Below are positions 1 through 9,300 of a stretch of DNA of 64,000 bases, in pieces; position 1 is the stretch's first letter, and each line of letters starts with the position of its first letter. Source of the DNA: an uncultured Fibrobacteria bacterium (GTDB lineage Bacteria; Fibrobacterota; Fibrobacteria; UBA11236); assembly GCA_963716395.1 (NCBI GenBank), contig OY970309.1:864001-928000 (forward strand), written 5' to 3'. The position numbers and the translations under genes were made by a program. The notes beneath the pieces were generated by a model that saw nothing but the letters and a program-made list of their open reading frames with translations, was not told the DNA's origin and searched no databases.

Positions 1-743
1 ATCGCCATGAAAAAGCGTCCGAGGCCGTGGACCTCTCCGTGTTTCCACAGCAGGATCAGTCCCGCGAAGCTGATCATAAAGCTGAGGGCCAGCGCGAGCA
101 GCTTCATCCACCATTGCCAGCGGTAGCCGGATTCGATTTGAAAGGCGTCGACATTGCGCTGAATCATGTGGGTGACACGGTTGCGCGCTTCCAGCAGCGC
201 TTTGCCCTCCTCGGTCAAGGCGCCGGCGGCGTCATGCAGCTTCTGGCCCGTAACATGCTGGAGCAGCAGTTCGACGTCCTGGTCGTCGGCCTTGGCCGCC
301 AGGCATTGAAACAGTTCGGGATAGCGCCAGGGTCCGTCGAGCGTCACCTGCACCGCGGCGTTGATCTGTCCGCATAATTGTTCGGTTTCGAGATCATACA
401 GCGCGCCCGCATCGCCCGCCGTGGCCAGCAGTATCAAATCCTGTTCGGCTTTGCGGTAGCGCTCTTCGGGATCGGCCGGCGCCTCGCCGCGCTTGACATG
501 CTGGCGGGCGTTCTTGGCGGCCTGGGTCAGGGCCGGGGCCATGGTTTCGGCGCGGATTTGTTTCAATATCCATTGCCGCAGCGCGAAGCGCTGGAAGGTG
601 CTTTTCAAGGGCAGCAAGTCCTTGAGCATTTGGATCAGCGCCATGCTCAGCACGCCGATGGACGACACGGCCGTCAGGTAGGCGAGATAATGTGACTGGA
701 TGGAAGCAAATAAATCGTTCATGGCGTCGGTGAATGGATCCAT
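1..743 (-). CDS. Hypothetical membrane protein (runs off the left edge)
   Basis: Hand-translated open frame MDPFTDAMNDLFASIQSHYLAYLTAVSSIGVLSMALIQ...WQWWMKLLALALSFMISFAGLILLW. ATG at 743 with a GGAGGAG RBS upstream; two hydrophobic segments. Absent from the ORF track because there is no stop in the window. Confidence 0.7.
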   Translation of the reverse strand, partial: MDPFTDAMNDLFASIQSHYLAYLTAVSSIGVLSMALIQMLKDLLPLKSTFQRFALRQWILKQIRAETMAPALTQAAKNARQHVKRGEAPADPEERYRKAEQDLILLATAGDAGALYDLETEQLCGQINAAVQVTLDGPWRYPELFQCLAAKADDQDVELLLQHVTGQKLHDAAGALTEEGKALLEARNRVTHMIQRNVDAFQIESGYRWQWWMKLLALALSFMISFAGLILLWKHGEVHGLGRFFMA

Positions 744-911
744 GGATCTCCTCCGAAGGCGAAAAGGGGGAAGTATCGAAAACCGGAAATAATAGTTGTA
801 ATACCCGGGATCATTGGGATCCGCGAAAATATTTCCGTCCGTGCCGTAAATCACGCATTAATATGCCATGAAATTTGGTGGAAGACGGCATCCGGGGCGC
901 CGCCCCCCCGG

Positions 912-1649
912 CTATTCCGGGCCGGAGACGGCAAACTGGTTGCGGATTTCCTGCGGAACGTGATCCGCCCACCAGGAAAAATCATGCTCACCGTCGGGCT
1001 CAAGGTGCAAAGTCACCTTGGGGTTGACTTGATGCCACTGGCGCAGCAGCGGAAAAACGATTTGCGCCGGAAACAGGCGGTCGTGCCCGCCCTGAAACAC
1101 GTCCCAACGCGTGGTGGTGTATTCGGGCCGGGTAAACAATTCGTTTTCCGGCACGGCCAGCGGCGGAAAGCAGGAAAACAGCACGAAATGCACGGGTTTG
1201 TATTTCCCGACTTCGGCGTAATGTAGGGCGCCCAGGCAGCCGTCGGAAACGCCGACCAGGATCAAATCGCGCAGCCGCGCCTTGGGATAATGCAGCGCGA
1301 TATAGTCGAGCAGGGCGTCGATATGGGCCACGCCCGGCGGCGTCAGCCAGTCTTGACCCGCGAATGCCGAAGGGCTGCACAGGTAATACGCGCCCGGCGG
1401 GGCGTACGTCAGCAGCGGCAGAAGCGCGGTCCAGCCCTTGGTGGTTTTGTCGGAACGCATGCCGCCATGCAGCCAGAGAATCACGGCCTGATGGCCGGGA
1501 CGTTTGGGCAAGGTGAGTCCGCAGGCATTGCTGTCGGGTCCGATGCGTAACCGCAAGGTTTCCGACCATCCGGGTTGCGTCGCCGCGGTGGAGAGAGCCG
1601 CCGCCAACAACAGCCAGGCCGCGGATGCGCGGGCGAATCGAAAACACAT
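912..1649 (-). CDS. Secreted alpha/beta hydrolase (esterase/PHB-depolymerase-like)
   Basis: Signal peptide, WLHGG oxyanion motif, GVSDG nucleophile elbow, Asp in FQGGHD and His in GEHDF. Confidence 0.75.
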   Translation of the reverse strand: MCFRFARASAAWLLLAAALSTAATQPGWSETLRLRIGPDSNACGLTLPKRPGHQAVILWLHGGMRSDKTTKGWTALLPLLTYAPPGAYYLCSPSAFAGQDWLTPPGVAHIDALLDYIALHYPKARLRDLILVGVSDGCLGALHYAEVGKYKPVHFVLFSCFPPLAVPENELFTRPEYTTTRWDVFQGGHDRLFPAQIVFPLLRQWHQVNPKVTLHLEPDGEHDFSWWADHVPQEIRNQFAVSGPE

Positions 1650-1680
1650 TCCTAGGAAGCTAGCAAAGCGCTATAAATAA

Positions 1681-1702
1681 GGCCGGGGCGCAAGCCCCGG
1701 CC
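1681..1702 (-). terminator. Intrinsic terminator after the lipoprotein gene
   Basis: GGCCGGGGC-GCAA-GCCCCGGCC 9-bp stem followed by TTATTT on the minus strand. Confidence 0.65.
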
Positions 1703-1723
1703 TGATGCTACGTGGTGCGCTGG

Positions 1724-3091
1724 TCAAGGGTTGGTAACCACCTGGCCGCTTGGGTTGTAGGTCACGTTCACCGTGTTGCCATTGGGATCGGTATAGGTGG
1801 CCTGATATCCCGAAGGCGAGAAGCTGCCGGCCAAGGTCGCGGTTTGGCCATTGGCATAGGTGGCCGCGGCCGAAAAGTTACCCGCGGTCGGGTTCTGTCC
1901 GAACGGCACCGGCGTGGCGGAAGTGAAATGGAATTCCGCCGCGCGTTCCCATCCCAGGCGTTTCTGGGTCGTGACGTTGAGGCCGTAGAAGACGTTGTCG
2001 GAATCGCTGTTCAAGTCGGAGCCGGGGTTGAACACCACTTCGACTTGCGCCGCTTGCAAGGTGTCGTTCTGGTTGGAAACCTGGGTGGTCAGGAAAAGAT
2101 GGGTGGTATCGTCGGCAATGAGCGAGTCGCCGCCTTGCGAGTTACGCACATACGCCTGATTGATGCGGCCATTGCTCAGGTATTGGGTGTACGTGAAGGT
2201 AATGGGCACCGTGGGTTGGGCATAGCCCGGCGCCAACACGCGGGCAGTGGCGGATTCCGAATCCACTCCCGGCGCGGGTTTTAACTGCCAGTATTTCACG
2301 GTGACGATGGAAACCCCGTCGTTGTTGACGACCACGCCGTCGCCGTCGGCGTCGAGAAACTCGGCCGTGGCCTGCACTTGGCCGTTGACGGTGCGCGACC
2401 ACGCCGCCTTGTCGATGAGGTTATCGGCCTGATGCAACGAATCGTAATTGCCGTCGGGACCGGGATCGACCGCCAGATCCGCGGCCTCGATCACGTCTTG
2501 CCCCAGCACCGACTGCTCCGAGGTGAGCTTGATCTCGACGCGGTTGGGGCGGCCCGGCACGTAATTCACCAGGCCGTCGCCGTCGGCGTCGCGCACTTCG
2601 GTGCGAAACGTGGCCAGGGGGCCGGTTACGGTTTCCGACAGGCGCAAGATGTTTTCGTTGCCGGCGATGGTGTCTTGGGCCTGAGCATCCCAACGCACCA
2701 CGATGGTGTCATAGGTGGTTTGCAGCAAGGTGGGCTGGTTCTTTTTCGTGATGCAGACCGTAACGTAACCGGCGGGAATGGTGCTCGTGTCGGTGTAGGT
2801 GACCGTGTCGCCCACGGCCGCCGGCTTACCCAAGGCCGCGGGCTTGGCCAAGGCATTCCCCGCCGAAGGCGTCGGAAGCGCGGCGGTGGGAAGGGAAACG
2901 GCGGCCGCGGGATTGGCCGAAGTTTGCTGCCAGGCGCCGAGATAGGCCGCGCCGGCGTTCAAGCTTTGGCCCAAGGCGGCGGGATCGATGGCACCCGTAA
3001 CCGCGGGGGTATCGTTGTTGTTGTTGTCGGTCATGCACGCCCCGAAAATGCAGGCGAGGGCGGCGGCGGCGAGACGGAGTGAGAGACGCAT
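1724..3091 (-). CDS. Lipoprotein A with DxDxDG motifs, paralog of 11715-13028
   Basis: Start MRLSLRLAAAALACIFGAC (lipobox) after an AAGGAG RBS; two DADGDG motifs; Thr/Asn/Asp rich. Confidence 0.8.
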   Translation of the reverse strand: MRLSLRLAAAALACIFGACMTDNNNNDTPAVTGAIDPAALGQSLNAGAAYLGAWQQTSANPAAAVSLPTAALPTPSAGNALAKPAALGKPAAVGDTVTYTDTSTIPAGYVTVCITKKNQPTLLQTTYDTIVVRWDAQAQDTIAGNENILRLSETVTGPLATFRTEVRDADGDGLVNYVPGRPNRVEIKLTSEQSVLGQDVIEAADLAVDPGPDGNYDSLHQADNLIDKAAWSRTVNGQVQATAEFLDADGDGVVVNNDGVSIVTVKYWQLKPAPGVDSESATARVLAPGYAQPTVPITFTYTQYLSNGRINQAYVRNSQGGDSLIADDTTHLFLTTQVSNQNDTLQAAQVEVVFNPGSDLNSDSDNVFYGLNVTTQKRLGWERAAEFHFTSATPVPFGQNPTAGNFSAAATYANGQTATLAGSFSPSGYQATYTDPNGNTVNVTYNPSGQVVTNP

Positions 3092-3354
3092 AGTGACTCC
3101 TTTGGAACGGAAAGTGGCGGCGTTCCTGTCGGTAAAGCTACCACCGCTCACACCGGATGTAAAAGTATTTTCATATATATGATTACAAATAATGCGCATT
3201 AAATCCCTATTTATTGTGTTTTATGGCTGATTTTCAATCCAAAATTTGTATTTAAAGACATAATAATGATTACGTTTCGTGTTTTTTCGCCACTGGCAAA
3301 ACCGCTTGCCTGGCTGCCGGGCCGAAAACCGGCTTTCGCTCTGAAGGCGGAGTT

Positions 3355-6300
3355 TCAAAAGCCTTGCGGCACTTTTTCGGGATCGCCGCCCAAAGCTTTG
3401 TAATGGGCGAAATGCGAGGCCGCATCTTTGGAGTCGTTGGTTTTGGCGGCCGCGATACCGGCGTAATACCAGGCCATGGGATCATCCGGGCACACCTGGC
3501 GCGCTTGATCGCTGCTTTGGGCCAGGGCCTGCACGTCGCCCCGCTCCAACTGAATCTGATTGGCTTCGCGCTGCAAATCACAAGACCCGGGATTTTTACG
3601 CAAGGCGTCTTGCACATAATCCAGCGCGTCTTTTTCCTGCGATCGCGCCACCATGGTTTCGCTCAAAGCCGCGATGCCGTCGGGAAAGTCGCTGTTGATC
3701 TCCAGCGCCCGTTGTGCGTAGACCTCTGCGTCTTCGATTTGTTTGAGCCGCAGGCACAGGTGCGACAAATCGGCGAAGCCTTGGGCCGTCGGCGCCAGCG
3801 ACAACGACTGCACCCAATAATCCTTGGCATCGGCCTCATGGCCGGCGTGGCGCGCGACTTCGCCCAAGCCCCACAGGCCCAACGCCCGCGCATGCGGATC
3901 GGATTTCTCGCCCAGGGCGAAGAAAACGGTGCGCGCCTCTTCCGCACGATCCAATTGCAGATCGGCCATGCCTGTGCATTGAGTCGCAGCCCACAAAGTC
4001 GTGTCGAGCTGGGCCGCGTCGGAGCAGGCTTGCAACGCTTCGGCGCCCTGATGCCGTGCCAGCAGTACTTCACCCCGAAGCGCTTGGGCCCGGGCCTCGC
4101 GGGGATGGGCCGTCGCCATGCCTTGGGCCAGGGCCAGGGCTTTTTCCAGATCGTGTTGCAGCAAATCCAGATGCACTTGCTCCGCCGTCACTTCGGGATC
4201 ACCGGCGGTTTCGGGATGCGCGGCCAACAGGCGCTGGGCCGCGACCACGTTCTTTTGCGCCACGTCAATGCGCAATTCGGCCGCCACCGCTGCGCGTGCG
4301 GCACCTGCCGTTTCGGCCTTGCGGTAGGCGGCCAACGCTTTGTCGGGATCCGGAGTCGCGGCATAGGCATCGCCCAACAGTACCCAGCCGGCACCGCTGA
4401 GCTTCGCGCCTTGCGGTTCGAGCAAGTCGGCCGCGGCCTGATATTCCCCCAACCGCTCGTACACGCGCGCCAACCCTTCGTTGTAGGCCACCTGCGCCGG
4501 CGCCGCCTGCACCGCCAGCGCCCACATTTCTTCCGCCTGCCTCCAGTCGCGGCGGCGTTCCGCCAATTGGGCGCCGAAAGCCGCGGCGGCGGTATCGTTG
4601 GGGCTTTGCCGCAGCCATTCCTCCAGCACGGGCATGGCCTGATCCAAGGTGCCGGCCTGGCGATGCAAGCGCACCAGGTCGCCCACCACTTCCGGGCGCA
4701 GATCGCCGAGGTCATAGGCCTTGGTCAACGCCGTCAGGGCCACGTCGTTGCGATTCAGGGCCAGCAAAGCTTCTCCGTATTGCGCAAACACCGCCGCGTC
4801 GTTGGGGCGCAAGCTGGCGAGCCGGCGCAACAGACGCACGGCCTCGGCGTTTTGTCCTGCCGCCAGACGCAGCCCGGCCAAGCCGCCCAGAGCGTCGACG
4901 TTGTTCGAGTCGGTGCGGATCACGGCGGCATAGGCCGACGGTAAATCGGCGAGGCGGTTCAGGGTTTGCACGGCATCGAGATTATCCGCGGCCGCCACGG
5001 AATCCTCCGGGTTCAACGACAGCGCCTGCACGAAAGACGCATGTGCCGCTTCGGCATTCCCCAAGGCCGAGGCGCACAGGCCGAGATCGCGATAGCCCTC
5101 GGCGCGTACGGCCGCGGGCTCGGTGCTTTGCGCCAGACCTTTGCGCAACAGCGGTGCGGCGTCGGCAAAATCTTGGCTCTCTGCATCGGCCAACCCTACA
5201 TACAGACTGGCCTTGGGGTGACCGGGATCCCGTTGCAATAAGATGGCGTACCACTCGGCCGCCTTGGCGCGGTCGCCGGCTTTGAGCGCCGATTCGGCCA
5301 GGGTTTCGAGAGCGTTTTGCGCCGCGCGGGCGTAGGTTTTATCGCCCGGCTGCATGTCGGCGGCCGGGCCCAGATATTCCAGCGCGCGCTCATATTCGCC
5401 CTGGCGAACCAGGGCCGATCCCAGGGCAAATGACGCCGCGGCATTGTCGGGTTGCAAATCGGCCAAGGCCTGCAAGGCCCGCAATTGATTGGGAGCGTCG
5501 CCGAGTTTTTCCGCGGCCGTCAACAACCCCTGCCAGGCCGGCAGGTTGGCAGGCTGCGCTTCGGCCCACTTGCCATACCAATCGCGGGCATGCGGCCAAT
5601 CCTGAAGGTGGCCCGCGGTTTCGGCGGCGTCCGGCAGCATCTCGGCGTCCTCCGGATGTTGCGCCAGCCATTGCGCGTCGAAGGCCACGGCCTTAGGCGT
5701 GTTGCCCAGCGCCGATCCCAGGGCATGCGCGATGCGGGGATCGTTGGGAAAAACCTGGTTGCCCAATTCGAGCAATTCGGGCAAGGTCGACGCCGAAGTG
5801 GCCTGGGCGTAACTCCAACTTTTTTCCAGGGCATCGTGAAAAGCCGCGCGGGCCGCTTCGTCGCCGCTGCGGGCGACGTCGCGGCGATGGCGCAAGAAGT
5901 TGAGATAGCAGGTGTTGGCCGCACCCGCCTTGTTCTGGTAGGCGTACAGATCGGCCCGCAATTCCAGTAGATCGGGATCGGTGGCGCTGGCCGCCACCAG
6001 CTCGGGCTCAAAGGCCGCGAGTTTGGGCACTTCGTCGCGCCGGTAATATTCGCGCGCCAGAATCAGCTTGCCGCGCCGGAAGGCGGGATCGATTTTCACC
6101 GCGTGTTCCAACGGTTCCAGCGCGCCGGTTTGCAGATAATCGAGTTCGGCCAACTGGCAGATATGCGCGGCTTGCGGCTTGGGCAATTGCACCAAGTCCC
6201 GCAAGGCGGTTTCCAACGCGGCCGTGTCGCGCAGCGAATCGGCCAGCCGGCGCATCGACAGCAGCGGCGGGAGGTCGCGCGGATGGCGCGCCGTCCATTG

Positions 6301-9300
6301 GCCGTACAAATCCACGGCCACGGCCGGTTGCCCGTGCTTTTCGCGCGCCTGCGCCAATTGCAATTGAAAATCCTTGTAGGTCGGATCCAACTGCACGAGG
6401 TGCTGCAGCGCCTTGACCCGCTTGTCTTCATTGCCAACATGCGCGTACAGCGCCTCCAAAGTATCGAGCACATACAGCGGACGGAGGGTGTGCTCCAGCC
6501 GCATTTCATAAAAGGGCAGCGCCTTGGCCCATTGGCCGGTGCGCCAGTAGGCTTGGGCGGCTTCGATTTCCACGTCGGTGCGGGCATCGGGTTGACGGGC
6601 GAAGAAGCGATCCCAGGCTGCGGCCGACGCCGGGTAATCGCCGTGATAGAATAGGCCGATGGCCAAGCCATGGGTTTCTTGCGGCAGAGGCGCGTGCGCA
6701 TCGAGAAAGCGGAACAGATCCAGACGCGCGGCGATCTCGGGCCGCGTGCGCAGGGTTTGGGCATAGGTGCGGGCATAGGTCAGGTTCTGCGGCTCCAGTT
6801 CCCAGGCCCGGCGGAACATGGCCGTGCCCATGTCGCCCAATTGCAGTTCGGCCCGCATCTTACCGAGCCGGAACCACAAAGTCGGATCTTTGGGGCGCAC
6901 CCGCACCAGGCGCGACAGCAATCGGTGCGCCTCGCGGTAATTCTTGTGCCCTTCGTACAGGTTGGCCAGGCGCTCCCAACAGTCGATACGGCGCGTGCTG
7001 TCGAGCAGGGCGATCTTTTCCAGGGTCACCAGATAGGTCGCCACCTCGTCGGGCCGGTTGTCCACCAGGGGCAGCATCATGCTGTAAGCGCGCAGTTCGT
7101 TGGGATGGGTCATGAGGCAGGCGCGCAAATGCTGCAAGGTCGAGGCCGTATCCCGCGCGTGCAGGTCGAGTTCGGCCAGCCGCAGCAAGGCGCCGGCGTC
7201 GTCCTCGTCCAGCGTCAACAGTTGCTCCAGCACGCCTCGGATAGCGTCATCGCTTTTTCCCGTGTTCTGATAGGCCATCACCTGCATTTGCAGGATTTCT
7301 TTGTCGAAATCGGGGTGCAGCTTGAAATAGCGCACCGACAGGTCGGCCACCAGCGGCCAGTTCTTGCCCTTGAAGCAGGTCACCAGCACGTCGCGGTTGC
7401 CGTACAACAGTTCCGGACGGAGCGCATCGACTAGGGCGTAGTTCCGGGTCGCGGCGTCCCATTGCTGCTTGAGCGCATACCCCTGGCCCAATTCGAATAA
7501 GAGATCGACGTTGGCCGTGTCTCGCCGGTTCAGGGCCGGGTTCTTGGCGAGGTTCACCAAGGCGTCGAAATGCTTGAGTATCTGCGTCTGGCCCTGGATG
7601 GTATGGGGCAACAGCGCCAGGTAAACGGGATTGTGCGGGCTTTGCTCCAAAGCCGCGATCAAATAGGCATAGGCCTTTTCGCGATCGCCGCGCTGCACGT
7701 ACAGGCGCGCCAATTCGTACTGGGCCTCATGCGCGCCGTGATCCAGGGTTTGGATTTCGGTGAGCATGTCGGTGGCGGTTTCTTTGCTCGCATGGGTTCG
7801 CAGCAAGGCGATCACCTTGTCGCGGATGGATTTGTTGGTGGGGTCCACGTACAACGCGCCTTGGTAGGCGTCCAGGGCGTAATCCCATTGGCCCAGGGCT
7901 TCGTAGGTCTGGCCCAGGCGCAGCGACAAATCGCGATCATTGGGATCGAGGCGGTGCAGCCCGGCCAGCGCGTCGGCCAGGCGTGCGCGATCGCGCACGG
8001 GATCGTACAGCGCGATGAGCCCGTGCCACGCGTCCGGATCGTCGGGATCGGCCTTGGCCCAGGCTTGGTACCAGGGAATCGCCAGATCTTTGCGGCCCAG
8101 CGAGCGGGCGATCTCCGCGGCCGGCTTCAAGAGATTCACATCGTCGGGCTTCTTCTGCAAAAGCGCCTGATAGACCGGCAGGGCGCCGGCGGTTTTTCCC
8201 AGCGCCTGGGCATAGGCGGTTTGCAGCTTGGTATCCTCGGGGTGTTGCGCCAGTCCCATCCGCAAGATGGAGACCAGATAGGGCGACTGGTGTTCCTGGG
8301 CCAGACGCAGCACCTTGGCGTACACCTCGGCATCTTTGGGGTGCACGCCCAACCAGGTGAAATAGGTCTTGTCGGCCGCGTCCCATTTTTCCTGCGCGGC
8401 CTGCAGATCGGCCAGCGGCTCCAGTAAATCGGAAGAGGATTGGGTCTCCTGCTCCAGAAAACCCTGGAAGCGTGCGAGGTTTTTGAAATCGCCCTTGGAA
8501 TGGTATTCCTGCACCAGCAGGATGCGCCCTTCGCGGTAGTCGGGGTTGTCCTTCACCAGGCGTTCCAGTTCGGCCGGATCGCCGCCCCGCAGGTAAAAGA
8601 TTTCAGCCTGCTGAAAGCGGTAGGCGCGGTCGGCGTCGGGAAACTGGGTCAACAGGTGTAAGGCGTCGAGCAGCGACACCGAATCGCGGCTTGCCTCGGC
8701 GGCGTCATGGTATTCCTTCAGGGCGACGCGATCCTCCGGGTGGCGAAAGCACCATAAAGAATAGTTGTGCGTGGCGTCGGCATGGCGGCCGGCCGCCTCC
8801 TGTTCGCGCGCCAGGCGCAGCAGGTAGTCGCCGTAGCCGTAATCCTCCTGCACCAGCTTTTCCAACACCTGGGTTTGGTCGGCGCGCTTGCCGGCGCGGG
8901 CATAGAGATCGGCCAGCAGCGACAGGGCGCGCAAATCATGCGGATCTTTGGCCGTGTGCGCCTCCAGGAGCCGGGCCGCCAGATCCGGGCGGCCGGTTTT
9001 CAGAAAGGCGAGGGCCGCCGTCGAGTCTTCGGCCGCCGCGGCCGGGTCGCGGGGCTCCACCGCCCGCCACGCCGCCGCCGAAGCGCCGACGTCGCCGGCC
9101 AGATAGCAGGCATGGGCATAGGCCAATTGCAGCGGCAGCGACTGCGGATCGCGTTGCAGCGCCAGGCGCAGAACGGGCACATTCGCGGCCAGGGCCGAAT
9201 CGCCCCGGAGGCCGCGCGCGAAGTCAAGTGCGTATTGGGAGTTGCCGGGTTCGAGGCGCCAGGCCTTTTCCAGGGCCTCGGGCGCGGCGTCGCGGCCCAG

